Assembly: GCF_000737315.1 (NCBI RefSeq)
Contig: NZ_JMCB01000028.1
Span: 1 to 64,000 of the forward strand
Length of the DNA: 64,000 nt
Reading direction: 5' to 3'
Source: Hyalangium minutum
GTDB lineage: Bacteria; Myxococcota; Myxococcia; Myxococcales; Myxococcaceae
Positions within the stretch are counted from its first letter, which is position 1. Each line of letters starts with the position of its first letter. Both the position numbers and the translations under genes were made by a program. Positions 19,734 to 29,344 of this stretch are shown here, piece by piece. Below the pieces are notes generated by a model. That model was not told where the DNA came from and did no database searches. It saw nothing but the letters and a program-made list of their open reading frames with translations.

Positions 19734-21938
19734 CTACGGGCAGTTGGTGATGGGAGTGGACGGGTTGCCAGTGTTCCGCACGTCATGCTGAAACTTGGGC
19801 CAGCTGTTCGGGTCCTTCAGCAGACGCGGGCTATCCACGACGAAAGCATGAAGCTTGTTACCCACTGCGACGTAGAGGACACCCGGTCGATTGGCTCCTA
19901 AGGGAGCGCCGTCTGAGCCGCGCGCACAGTCCAGCGTGGGCGAGGCTTCGATGTTCAGTCCGATGCTCGGCAGCTTCCACTGACTGGAGAGGGGGTCCGA
20001 AGTGGTCCAAACAGCCAGTTCTCCCGATTTGTTGACGGTGTACAACTTCCCATCAGATCCAATAACCGGCGCGGCAGAGAGCACACCCGGCGCTGGGCTT
20101 GCCTGGGACAACGCTGGGACAGACAAATCGTAGCGTGCCAACAGGTTGCTCGGGCCTGCATACTCACGGCCGAAGTAGGCCTTGTTGTCGGCCGTCGCGA
20201 CGAGCTGGTTGACCCGACCGTTGTCCGTGTCGGGCAACGCATTGGCAGGTGGAGTTCCGGTGGAATCGAACGCGACTTGAAACACTCCTCCTTGATCGAA
20301 GTCGTTGCCACCACTGCCCAACAGCGTATTCACCAGAAGAGCCATACCGAAAACCCGCTGTCCCGAACCGCCTCCTGGCGTGGCAGTCCACTGCGCAGCT
20401 GGTGTACCGAAGGAATACTTCACCATGCGTCGAGCGTCGGTCGGGTAAGCAAACTGGCCCGTGTTGGTTGCTACCAATCCGCCGCCTGCGGTCGAGTTCG
20501 GCATCCCCTGAGAGCTATCCGAGTTCACACACCCTACTGCGTTTGCCCCTACGCTCGTAGGGCGCAGGCCAACAGCGCTGCCATAGTTACCTGAAACGAC
20601 AAACAGCCCTGTCTCTACGGGAGTGCTGCTGATGGTCGTTGCAGTAATAGCGGCCGAGCTAATCGTGGACGGAGGCGTCCCGGTTGCCACGGGGAATGTG
20701 CAGGGAGTGTTGAGCACAGTCCCAAGCTCTCCGTTGATCGCGCGAAGCCGAGTACCAGAGCCGATACCCGCAACGCCTGCGAAGTTACTCGCCACGTACA
20801 CCAACTCAGTCCCGTTGCTGAAAGCACCGACAGCTGGGCTTCCCTCCACGGCCTCGACATCCACCTCCCACTTCTTCTTGCCGCTTGGCTCGATCGCGAA
20901 GACCTTACCGTTGGTAACGGAGGTCCCGAAATAGACAACACCCTTCTCTCCCAGGGCGGGGCTGGCTTTGATAAGTCCCGCTCCATCAAACGCCCACTTC
21001 CAGCGCGTCACTTTGAGACCCGCCGTCGCCGAACCCCGGTTGCCTGCGGCGTCGACTCCTTCGACCCGGAACTGCATGGTGCCCCGGAACTCCCTCATCT
21101 CGGGCTCATACAGGTCCACAGTCGCGGTCCCACAGAACACCGGACTGCCCTCGCACGTCCCACCAGCCTGTACAGGCTTGGGAGTCAGAGCCTGACCGAC
21201 GCCTCCTCCTGAGGCGATGCCGGATACCGTCAGCACCACATCGCTCACGGGCTCGTTGGCGGAGATCGCCACGGTGACGGACTCATCTCGGCGGTAGGCC
21301 TTCGCGTAGTCGGTGTCGCTGTCTCTCGGCTCTGCCTGGTTGGGACCTCCGGGGATACGTGTCGGATCGGGAATGCTGATGGTGAAGGTGGGTGCAACCG
21401 CATCCACCTTCACCGTCACGGAAGCACTCGGGACGGCGGCGGGCGTCGGATGAGCGACAGTCAGGGTCAGTTGGGCCTGAGCGGACGGCGGCGTCCAAGT
21501 GACCGTGTACGTATCTTCGTTCCGGGACACAGGCCCAAAACTACCTACGTCGCTGCCACCGTCATTTCGTGAGGCGCTGAAGTCCAGCGTATCCGGATAC
21601 TGGGTCGTCGAGGCGTAATTCGGATTGGCCACGAGACGGACCTGCACCTGCACGGGCCCGGCGCCTACCAGAGCGTTGTTGGCCGGACTCTGGATGGCCA
21701 GCGCCATGAACCGAGCCTGGCATCCAGCCGTCGTGCAAGCTTCATAGGCAGCGCAGGCCGGGTCGCATACGTCGATCTCGGGCTCCGTGCCACCCTGGTA
21801 GCAAAGCCCAATGTTCACTTCGCAGCGCCCTGCCCCACCCCCACAGTCCGCGTCAGAGGTGCACTCCCTACCCTTCGGCTCCGTGCACCCTGCCAGCGTC
21901 GCCAGCAGCAACCCTGTTCCCAGGAGTTTGCGCAGCAT
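19734..21938 (-). CDS. Lipoprotein with Cys-rich N-terminus, Ig-like domains and a PQQ-like beta-propeller
   Basis: ATG 21938 with GGAGGT RBS; lipobox TLAG|C; ASPALG/SAAPVIG repeats; C-terminal WPKFQHDVRNTGN motif. Confidence 0.85.
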   Translation of the reverse strand: MLRKLLGTGLLLATLAGCTEPKGRECTSDADCGGGAGRCEVNIGLCYQGGTEPEIDVCDPACAAYEACTTAGCQARFMALAIQSPANNALVGAGPVQVQVRLVANPNYASTTQYPDTLDFSASRNDGGSDVGSFGPVSRNEDTYTVTWTPPSAQAQLTLTVAHPTPAAVPSASVTVKVDAVAPTFTISIPDPTRIPGGPNQAEPRDSDTDYAKAYRRDESVTVAISANEPVSDVVLTVSGIASGGGVGQALTPKPVQAGGTCEGSPVFCGTATVDLYEPEMREFRGTMQFRVEGVDAAGNRGSATAGLKVTRWKWAFDGAGLIKASPALGEKGVVYFGTSVTNGKVFAIEPSGKKKWEVDVEAVEGSPAVGAFSNGTELVYVASNFAGVAGIGSGTRLRAINGELGTVLNTPCTFPVATGTPPSTISSAAITATTISSTPVETGLFVVSGNYGSAVGLRPTSVGANAVGCVNSDSSQGMPNSTAGGGLVATNTGQFAYPTDARRMVKYSFGTPAAQWTATPGGGSGQRVFGMALLVNTLLGSGGNDFDQGGVFQVAFDSTGTPPANALPDTDNGRVNQLVATADNKAYFGREYAGPSNLLARYDLSVPALSQASPAPGVLSAAPVIGSDGKLYTVNKSGELAVWTTSDPLSSQWKLPSIGLNIEASPTLDCARGSDGAPLGANRPGVLYVAVGNKLHAFVVDSPRLLKDPNSWPKFQHDVRNTGNPSTPITNCP

Positions 21939-22039
21939 CAAACACCTCCCAAACCTTTTGACGGCCCAAGGCCGGTGGATAGCATGGGCCCACTGATCAC
22001 GGAAGGTTGCGGAAGGACCATCCGCTCCCGAGGGTTTAC

Positions 22040-23062
22040 ATGCTGAACCGCCTCTCCCGATATGGCCTCCTTCTCGCACTGTTGGTGGCCTTCCTGGCGC
22101 CCGCAACGCAGGCCCAGGCCCCACAGCGGGATCGCATCGCGCTCCACCCCTGCGTCATCACCGGCGGCAAGCAGAAGAACATCTCCGACCTGGAGGCCCT
22201 CTGCGCCACCGCCGCCGCACGCGAGTCCATGAACCTGGTGCCTTCCACCGAGGTCCGCGCATTCCTCGAGAAGGAAAACGGCTCGTGCGCCAAGGCCAAG
22301 AACCGCAACGCGTGCCTCGGCCGCCTGGCTGCCGCCACCAAGGCCACCCGCACGCTCTACATCACCCTCAACCCCTTCACACCCAAGTCCACCCGCATCA
22401 CGGGCCTCGTGGTGGATGACGCAGGGAAGAAGGTCGAGGAGAAGCCGCTCGAACTGCCTCGCATCCCCAACCAGCCGCCAAGCGACGTCATCCGCTTCGC
22501 TGTCGCCGCGCTGCTCGAACAACTGAACGTGGCCAAGGCTCCAGACCAGGAGAGCCTCACCATCCCGCTGACTCCTGGCGCTACGCCCGAGCCAGTCGCT
22601 GTCCCCTCCCCCACTCCTGAATCCACCTCGCCCACCGTCACCGCGCCTCCGCAGCCTGCACCCGTCGCCTCCGTCAAGCAGGAGGCCCCCAAGGTTCGCA
22701 CGTGGAAGACGCCAGCCGGCATCAGTGGCATTGCCGTAGGCGGTGTGGGGCTCATCGCCTCGGGCATCCTGCTCAACAGTGCCAACTCGAAGGCCGAAGA
22801 TTTCAATAATGCCTTTGAGGGCAAGCTTCCTGAGAACGGTGCGTTACCCGATCTGGTCAAACTCCGCGATGAAGCTAAGTCGGGCCAAAGAACTGCCGCG
22901 ATTGCCACAGGTGTAAGTGGAGCCCTGGCCATCGGTGGTGCCATCCTGTGGCTGATGGACGGCTCCGCGTCCTCCGAGGGCACCTCCTCCACCGGCAAGG
23001 TGGGCACCACCCGCATTCTCGCGGGCCCCGGCCAGGTGGGACTGAGCGTCCTCCTGCCGTGA
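22040..23062 (+). CDS. Secreted or membrane protein: Cys-containing N-domain, Pro-rich linker, Gly-rich hydrophobic hairpin, terminal beta-hairpin
   Basis: Signal peptide YGLLLALLVAFLAPATQA; two hydrophobic segments; ends RILAGPGQVGLSVLLP. Confidence 0.75.
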   Translation: MLNRLSRYGLLLALLVAFLAPATQAQAPQRDRIALHPCVITGGKQKNISDLEALCATAAARESMNLVPSTEVRAFLEKENGSCAKAKNRNACLGRLAAATKATRTLYITLNPFTPKSTRITGLVVDDAGKKVEEKPLELPRIPNQPPSDVIRFAVAALLEQLNVAKAPDQESLTIPLTPGATPEPVAVPSPTPESTSPTVTAPPQPAPVASVKQEAPKVRTWKTPAGISGIAVGGVGLIASGILLNSANSKAEDFNNAFEGKLPENGALPDLVKLRDEAKSGQRTAAIATGVSGALAIGGAILWLMDGSASSEGTSSTGKVGTTRILAGPGQVGLSVLLP

Positions 23063-23072
23063 CCTGAAGTCC

Positions 23073-23101
23073 GAGCGCGCCTCCACCGCGAGGCGCCGCT
23101 C
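23073..23101. terminator. Hairpin between convergent genes
   Basis: GCGCCTC/GAGGCGC stem extended by GAGC/GCTC. Confidence 0.5.
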
Positions 23102-23112
23102 CCGCCGGGCGG

Positions 23113-23865
23113 CTACTCGCCCAGGTACGCCTTGCGCACCTCGGGGCTCTCGAGCAGCGCCTTGCCCTTGCCCGCCATCACCACCTCGCCCGTCTCCAGC
23201 ACATACCCGTAATGGGCCATGCTCAGCGCGAGGTGCGCGTTCTGCTCCACCAGCAGGATGCTCATGCCCGTGGCGTTCACGTCCCTCAGCGTGCGGAAGA
23301 TCGTCTCCGTCACCTGCGGCGCCAGCCCCAGCGAGGGCTCGTCCAACAGCAGCAGCTGCGGCCGGCTCAGCAGCGCCCGGGCAATCGCCAGCATCTGCTG
23401 CTCACCGCCCGAGAGCGTCCCCGCCATCTGCTTGCGGCGCTCCTTCAGCACGGGGAACAGCCCGAAGCTCTTCTCCTGGTCCGCGGCGATCGCCTCCGTG
23501 TCCCGCCGCAGGTACGCCCCCAGGTCCAGGTTCTCCTGCACCGTGAGGTTCGGGAAGATGCCGCGCCCCTCCGGCGCGTGCGCCATGCCTTTGGGCACCA
23601 GCTGGTGCGCCTTCATCCCGGTGATGTTCTGCCCAGCCAGGGTGATCTTCCCGCCGCTGGGCTTCAGCATCCCGCTCACCGCGCGCAGCGTGCTCGTCTT
23701 GCCCGCGCCGTTGGCCCCAATGAGCGCCACCACCTCGCCCTTGCCCACCGAGAGCGACACACCCTTCAGCGCCTGGATGGCCCCGTAGTGGACCTTCACG
23801 TCCTCCACCGTCAGCAGCGGCGGACGGGGATCGCGCTCTCCCAGCGTCTTCACCTGCGCGCTCAC
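23113..23865 (-). CDS. livF: Branched-chain amino acid ABC transporter ATPase
   Basis: GANGAGKT, LSGGEQQMLAIARAL, LLLDEPSLGLAP. Confidence 0.95.
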   Translation of the reverse strand: MSAQVKTLGERDPRPPLLTVEDVKVHYGAIQALKGVSLSVGKGEVVALIGANGAGKTSTLRAVSGMLKPSGGKITLAGQNITGMKAHQLVPKGMAHAPEGRGIFPNLTVQENLDLGAYLRRDTEAIAADQEKSFGLFPVLKERRKQMAGTLSGGEQQMLAIARALLSRPQLLLLDEPSLGLAPQVTETIFRTLRDVNATGMSILLVEQNAHLALSMAHYGYVLETGEVVMAGKGKALLESPEVRKAYLGE

Positions 23866-24779
23866 GCCGCCCCTCCGTGCGTCTCCAGGTAGTTGTCGCC
23901 CAGGTACGCCTCGATGACCTTCCGATCGCTGCGCACCTGCTCGGGAGCACCGCGGGCAATCGTCTCCCCGTGGTCCAGCACGGTGATCTTCTCGCAGATG
24001 CCCATCACCAGCTTCATGTCGTGCTCGATGACGAGGATGCCCAGCGAGAAGTCATCCCTCAGCTTGCGGATGAGCACCATCAGGTCCGCCTTCTCGCGGG
24101 TGTTCATGCCCGCAGCGGGCTCGTCCAGCAGCAGCACCTTGGGCTGCGTGCCCAGCGCGCGGGCGATCTCCAGGCGGCGCTGCTCGCCATAGGGCAGGTT
24201 GCGCGCCTCCTCGTCCCGGCGGTGCGACAGGCCCATCACCTCCAGCAGGTGCTCGGCGCGCTCGGTGATGCGGCGCTCCTCGGCCATGAACCGGGGCGTC
24301 AGGAACAGGGACTTCCACCAACCCGCCAGCACCAGCGCTCCCAGGTTGGAAACAAACACCGGCAGCGGGGTGCCGTTCGTCAGCGCCCCCGCCACGCCGT
24401 GCGCCTCCGCGTCACCGAACGCCTCGGCCCGGCACGCCACCTTCACGTTGTCCAACGCGGTGAGCGCTCGGAACAACCGGATGTTCTGGAAGGTGCGCGC
24501 CAGCCCCAGGCGGTTGATCTGGTGGGGCTTGCGCTTGTTCACCCGCTCGCCGCAGACGAACACGTTGCCCGAGGTGGGCGTGTACACCCCCGTGAGCACG
24601 TTGAACGCCGTCGTCTTCCCGGCGCCGTTGGGACCGATGAGCCCCTGCAAGTCGCCCTTGTGGATGGAGAGGTTGAAGTCCGTGAGGGCCTTGAGGCCTC
24701 CGAACTGGATGCTCACCGCATCCGCCTTGAGCAGCGGCGCGTCGGCCCGCTGCTCGGGAGTGAGCTCGGGGGAGCTCAT
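23862..24779 (-). CDS. livG: Branched-chain amino acid ABC transporter ATPase
   Basis: GPNGAGKT, ARTFQNIRLF, LPYGEQRRLEIARAL, IEHDM. Confidence 0.95.
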   Translation of the reverse strand: MSSPELTPEQRADAPLLKADAVSIQFGGLKALTDFNLSIHKGDLQGLIGPNGAGKTTAFNVLTGVYTPTSGNVFVCGERVNKRKPHQINRLGLARTFQNIRLFRALTALDNVKVACRAEAFGDAEAHGVAGALTNGTPLPVFVSNLGALVLAGWWKSLFLTPRFMAEERRITERAEHLLEVMGLSHRRDEEARNLPYGEQRRLEIARALGTQPKVLLLDEPAAGMNTREKADLMVLIRKLRDDFSLGILVIEHDMKLVMGICEKITVLDHGETIARGAPEQVRSDRKVIEAYLGDNYLETHGGAA

Positions 24780-25834
24780 GCGAGCCCCTTTCTGCGGCGG
24801 GGGAGCCAGCGCGGCAGCACTTCCCAGAGCTCCTTCGTCCCGAACAGGCCCTGCGGCCGCAGCAGCATCAGCGCCACCAGCATCAGGCCGTACACGGGCA
24901 TGCGGATCTGATCGACCTTCTGGGCCAGGCTGCCCTCGGCGCCCATCGCGGTGAAGCCCGAGCGCAGCGCCTCCGGCAGCAGCGTGAGGAACATCGCCGC
25001 CACGATGGCGCCCGTGGTGGAGCCCAGGCCGCCCATCACCACCATCACCACCACCTCCATGGACTTCACGAAGGTGAACGAGCCCGGGTTGATGATGGGC
25101 ACGAAGTGGGCGAACAGCCCGCCGGCCACCCCTGCAAAGAAGGACGAGATGACGAAGGCGCGGACCTTGTAGCCGGTGGTGTCCACGCCCATGGCCTCAG
25201 CGGCCACTTCATCCTCGCGGATGGCCCACAGGCTGCGGCCGTGGCTGGAGCCCGCCAGCCGCCGCGCCACCAGCACCACCACGAAGACCCAGAAGCCCAC
25301 CATGCCCAGGCCCGCCGTCTGCGGAATGCCGGACAGGCCCAGCGCCCGCCCGAAGGCGTCCGTGTTCTGCACCACCACGCGGATGATCTCTCCGAAGCCC
25401 AGCGTCACGATGGCCAGGTAGTCGCCGCGCAGCCGGAGGCTCGGCAGGCCCACCAGGAAGCCGCACACCGCGGCGGCCAGGCCGCCCACCAGCAGGCACA
25501 GGAGCAGGAACACCTGATCGCTCACCACCACGGGCAGGCCGGAGATGGCGATCTCCTTGAGCGACAAGGACACCACGCCAGCGATATAGGCCCCCACCGC
25601 CATGAAGCCCGCGTGGCCGATGGAGAACTGACCCGTCATCCCGTTCACGATGTTGAGGCTCACCGCGAGGATGACGTTCACGCCCATGATGGACAGCAGG
25701 TATGTGGCGAACGGCGCGCCCGCCAGCCCCCACTCCAGCAGCACCAGGATGGGGATGGCCACGAGCGCCGGAAGAACGCCACGGAGCGCCGGAGGAATCC
25801 CAGGCACGGACGCGGGAGCGGAGGAGGATTCCAT
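24776..25834 (-). CDS. livM: Branched-chain amino acid ABC transporter permease
   Basis: GQFSIGHAGF, LRGDYLAIVTLGFGEI, AIREDEVAA. Confidence 0.95.
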   Translation of the reverse strand: MESSSAPASVPGIPPALRGVLPALVAIPILVLLEWGLAGAPFATYLLSIMGVNVILAVSLNIVNGMTGQFSIGHAGFMAVGAYIAGVVSLSLKEIAISGLPVVVSDQVFLLLCLLVGGLAAAVCGFLVGLPSLRLRGDYLAIVTLGFGEIIRVVVQNTDAFGRALGLSGIPQTAGLGMVGFWVFVVVLVARRLAGSSHGRSLWAIREDEVAAEAMGVDTTGYKVRAFVISSFFAGVAGGLFAHFVPIINPGSFTFVKSMEVVVMVVMGGLGSTTGAIVAAMFLTLLPEALRSGFTAMGAEGSLAQKVDQIRMPVYGLMLVALMLLRPQGLFGTKELWEVLPRWLPRRRKGLA

Positions 25835-25840
25835 GCGCCC

Positions 25841-26761
25841 CTACACCTTCTCCGCCGCGACCCGGCCGAACAGCCCGCCCGGCTTCGCCAGCAACACGAT
25901 GATCAGGATGCCGAAGGCCACCGCGTCACGCCACGTGCTGGCGGCGTAGCCCACGACGAACTCCTCCACCAGCCCCAGCAGCAGCGCACCCACCACCGCT
26001 CCGGGCACATGGCCGATGCCGCCAATCACTGCCGCCACGAAGGCCTTGAGCCCCACGTACAAGCCCATCAGCGGGCTCACCGAGGTGTCCTTGATGGCGT
26101 ACAGCAGGCCCGCGCCTGCCGCGAGCGCGCTGCCAATCATGAACGTCACCGCGATGACCCGGTCCGTGGGGATGCCCATCAGCGCCGCCACGCGGTGGTC
26201 ATAAGACACCGCGCGCATCGCCCGGCCGAAGCGCGTCTTGAACACCAGGTACTGCAGCCCCACCATCAGCCCCACGGCGATGAGCAGGGACATCACCTGC
26301 CAGTTCCACACCACCACGTCCCGGTCGCCAATGATGAGCCACTCGGTGGGGACGATGATCTCCGGGAACGCCCGGGGCGCCGCGCCCGGCAGGAAGCCGA
26401 TGTCCAGCTGGAAGCCGTACGAGAGCGCGAACGAGATGCCGATGGCGGTGATGAGCGCGGTGAGGCGGGGCTTCTCGCGCAGGGGCCGGTAGGCGAAGCG
26501 CTCGATGAGGAAGCCCAGCAGGGCGCAGCCGCCCATGGCCACCAGGAAGATGAGCACCACCCCCAGCAGCGACTTCTGGGCCTGCTTGCCCAGCGCGAAC
26601 GCCGTGGCGTAGCCCATGTACACGCCCACCATCATCACGTCTCCGTGGGCGAAGTTGATGAGCTTCAGCACGCCGTACACCATGGTGTAGCCCAACGCGA
26701 CGAGCGCGTAGATGGTGCCGGAGGCCAGGCCGTTGATGAGGTGCTGGAGGAGTTGCGACAT
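25841..26761 (-). CDS. livH: Branched-chain amino acid ABC transporter permease
   Basis: YALVALGYTMVYGVLKLINFAHGD, GLKAFVAAVIGGIG. Confidence 0.95.
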   Translation of the reverse strand: MSQLLQHLINGLASGTIYALVALGYTMVYGVLKLINFAHGDVMMVGVYMGYATAFALGKQAQKSLLGVVLIFLVAMGGCALLGFLIERFAYRPLREKPRLTALITAIGISFALSYGFQLDIGFLPGAAPRAFPEIIVPTEWLIIGDRDVVVWNWQVMSLLIAVGLMVGLQYLVFKTRFGRAMRAVSYDHRVAALMGIPTDRVIAVTFMIGSALAAGAGLLYAIKDTSVSPLMGLYVGLKAFVAAVIGGIGHVPGAVVGALLLGLVEEFVVGYAASTWRDAVAFGILIIVLLAKPGGLFGRVAAEKV

Positions 26762-27985
26762 TTACGGGCTGACCGTGGTGACGTACTCCGCCTTGCCATC
26801 GCCCACCTTCAGGACGACCGCGGGCTTCACCGCGTTGCGCTTCTCGTCCAGGGTGATGGCGCCCGCGATGCCCGGGAAGTTCTTCGTCTGGGCGATCACA
26901 TCCCGAATGGACTTGCCCGAGGTGTCCGGTGCCTTCTTCAGCGCGTCAATCGCCACGTTGGCCGCGTCATACGCGAGCGCCGCCAGCGCGTCCGGCACGC
27001 TGCCGTAGGCCGCCTTGTAGTCCGCGACGAACTTCTGGATGCGCGGATCCGGGTTGTCCGGCGAGTAGTGGTTGGAGAAGTAGCTGCCCTGGATGGCGGT
27101 GCCGCCCAGCTCGTACAGCTTCTCGGAGTCCCAGCCGTCGCCGCCGAGCATCGGCACCTTCAACCCCAGCTCGCGCGCCTGGCGGGCGATGACGCCCACC
27201 TCGCTGTAGTAGCCCGGCACGTAGATGGCCTCGGGCTGCGTCTTCTTGATGGCGGTCAGCTGTGCGCGGTAGTCCGTGTCGCCCTGGCTGTAGCTCTCCA
27301 CGCCCGTAATCTTGCCGCCCATCTCGGTGAACTTGCGGGTGAACACGTCCGTGAGCCCGATGGAGTAGGCGCTCTTGTTGTCCTGGAGCACCGCCACCTT
27401 GGAGAACTTCAGGTTCTCGCGGGCGAACTTCGCCATCACGAAGCCCTGGAACGGATCGATGAAGCAGACGCGGAAGATGTAGTCGCCAATCTCCGTCACC
27501 GCCGGGTTGGTGGAGGACGGAGTGATCATCGGCACCCCGGCCGGCTGGGCCTTCTGCGCCATGGCCAGCGAGTTGGAGGAGGCCACGTCTCCCAGGATGA
27601 GGACCACCTTGTCCTGGTCGATGAGGCGGGTAACAGCCTGGGCGGCCTCCTCGGGCCTGCCCTGATCGTCATACACCCGGGCCTCCAGCTTCTTGCCCTT
27701 CACGCCGCCCGCCTCATTGGCCTCCTTGATGGCCAGCTGGATGCCGTTGCGGGTGGAGACGCCGAAGGTGGCCTGGCCGCCGGTGAGGCTGGTGGCCACG
27801 CCCAGCAGCAGCGTGTCGGACGCCGCAGGCTTGGCGGGCGGAGTGGCGGGAGCCGTGCTGCCCCCCTGTGCGGTCTGCTTGCTCGAATCCGTCGTCTCGG
27901 GGGACGCGGGCTGCTGGGTCTTCTTCTCGCAGCCAGCCACCATCAAGGCGAGCGCGGCCAGCAGCATCGGAACGAAACGTCGCAT
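26762..27985 (-). CDS. livK: Branched-chain amino acid ABC transporter substrate-binding lipoprotein
   Basis: Lipobox VAG|C at ATG 27985; PMITPSSTNP, YIFRVCFIDPFQG. Confidence 0.92.
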   Translation of the reverse strand: MRRFVPMLLAALALMVAGCEKKTQQPASPETTDSSKQTAQGGSTAPATPPAKPAASDTLLLGVATSLTGGQATFGVSTRNGIQLAIKEANEAGGVKGKKLEARVYDDQGRPEEAAQAVTRLIDQDKVVLILGDVASSNSLAMAQKAQPAGVPMITPSSTNPAVTEIGDYIFRVCFIDPFQGFVMAKFARENLKFSKVAVLQDNKSAYSIGLTDVFTRKFTEMGGKITGVESYSQGDTDYRAQLTAIKKTQPEAIYVPGYYSEVGVIARQARELGLKVPMLGGDGWDSEKLYELGGTAIQGSYFSNHYSPDNPDPRIQKFVADYKAAYGSVPDALAALAYDAANVAIDALKKAPDTSGKSIRDVIAQTKNFPGIAGAITLDEKRNAVKPAVVLKVGDGKAEYVTTVSP

Positions 27986-28095
27986 GGGGGACCCCTCCGT
28001 TACCGGCAAAAGCTCTGGCCTTCTAGGAGAGGCCGTCAGGTGGGTCAAGCGCCCAGCCATACCGACGGGCAGGTTTTTACCGCCGGACTGTTCCC

Positions 28096-28446
28096 TCAGT
28101 GGGCAAAGGCCCCACCGTCCGCGGTGAGCCAGATCCGCTCGCGCCCGTTGGGCCCTCGCCGGGGCTCCGGTGCCTCTTCGCCGCGCGCCGGCTCGTGAGC
28201 GGCCGAGGAAGGTGCAGGCTCAGGAGGTGCCGCGGAAGGCGCCTCTCGCTTCCGCCCCACGACCCCTCCACCGAGCAGCGCTCCCAGCACTCCCGCGACT
28301 GCTCCCACGGTCACCGGGCTGCCATGGCCCTTTCGTCCGGCCCTCATGACCTGGAGTACCAGGGGGACCCCCACCCCTGTCAGGCCGCCCAGGAGGACCT
28401 CTCGCCAGGAGCCCCGGGCTGTTCCTCCCTCTCTGCCGCGCTTCAT
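28096..28446 (-). CDS. Small hypothetical membrane protein (116 aa, two Gly-rich TM segments)
   Basis: ATG 28446; hydrophobic VLLGGLTGVGVPLVL and VTVGAVAGVLGALLGGGVVG. Confidence 0.55.
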   Translation of the reverse strand: MKRGREGGTARGSWREVLLGGLTGVGVPLVLQVMRAGRKGHGSPVTVGAVAGVLGALLGGGVVGRKREAPSAAPPEPAPSSAAHEPARGEEAPEPRRGPNGRERIWLTADGGAFAH

Positions 28447-28749
28447 CAGAGGCCTCCTCCTGGCTCCAGGCGCCCTTCGCGCACCGAACATTTGGGACGG
28501 CGGCCCCCCGCGAAAAGCCCGAGGCTCCACCCCACGCCCCTCGCCCCCGAGGGCAGGCAGGGAGGCTTGCGCCAGTAGCGGAGAGCGAGCGCTCCACCGT
28601 GCCACCGGCCGGAGATCTCCCTTGGGGGTGTCCCACACGCGAGGTGCCCCCACCTTCGGAAGGAGGCTGGTTCCAGCCTCTTTGAAACCGAGGAAGGCAC
28701 CGGCTGGGGATGGGGGCACCGGCCAGAGGACTCCACACTGGGAGGAGCC

Positions 28750-29292
28750 ATGTATCAGCGCATCGATGTGAAAGAGGGAATGCTGGTTCGCAGCATCGAC
28801 GGCGAGAAGCTCGGCAAGGTCTTCGCCGTGCAGGATGATGAGTTCCTGATCGAGAAGGGCCTCTTCTTCCCCAAGGACTATGTCTGCCGCTACGCGGAGA
28901 TCAGCGACATCCGTGACGGCGAGATCATTCTCATGCACGGCAAGGAAGGGCTGCACCGCTTCTCGTTCGACGAGGACCGTGGCGTGCTGGCGGGCACGGG
29001 CGGGACCGCGGGCGTGGGGCCGGGCGCGGTGAGCATCCCTAAGGATCGCCCCGCCATGCACGCCTCCTTCCAGGAGGAGACAGGGGTGCCCCTGCGCGCC
29101 GAGGAGGCGGACGTGGAGATGCGCGTGGTGGTGGATGAGGAGGTCATCATCCGCAGGGACACCATCGAGGAGGAGCCGCGGGTAGCGGAGCCCGTGCGCC
29201 GCGAAGAGGGGGGGATCCGCGGAGACGGCGACGGGGAGAGCTCGCGCAAGCTGGACCTGACGCCGGACGACCCGACGCTGCGGCGCTCCTGA
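28750..29292 (+). CDS. PRC-barrel/DUF2171-like protein with a shortened YsnF-like segment
   Basis: GGAGGAG RBS; VRSIDGEKLGKV; VPLRAEE...VRREE. Confidence 0.7.
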   Translation: MYQRIDVKEGMLVRSIDGEKLGKVFAVQDDEFLIEKGLFFPKDYVCRYAEISDIRDGEIILMHGKEGLHRFSFDEDRGVLAGTGGTAGVGPGAVSIPKDRPAMHASFQEETGVPLRAEEADVEMRVVVDEEVIIRRDTIEEEPRVAEPVRREEGGIRGDGDGESSRKLDLTPDDPTLRRS

Positions 29293-29344
29293 GCCCGCAG
29301 ACCCGCGCGAACAAGGGAGCGCTCGGCCCTCGAGCGCCCCCGCC

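Noticed and set aside
12499-23062. Diversity-generating retroelement or mobile element explaining the variable surface genes
   Set aside because: No reverse transcriptase, integrase, transposase, template/variable repeat pair or terminal repeats were seen.
24300-24440. Hydrophobic insertion in LivG
   Set aside because: It is in frame and lies in a region that varies in LivG proteins; no evidence of special function.
25106-28198. 1030-aa plus-strand ORF
   Set aside because: Antisense shadow spanning livM, livH and livK.
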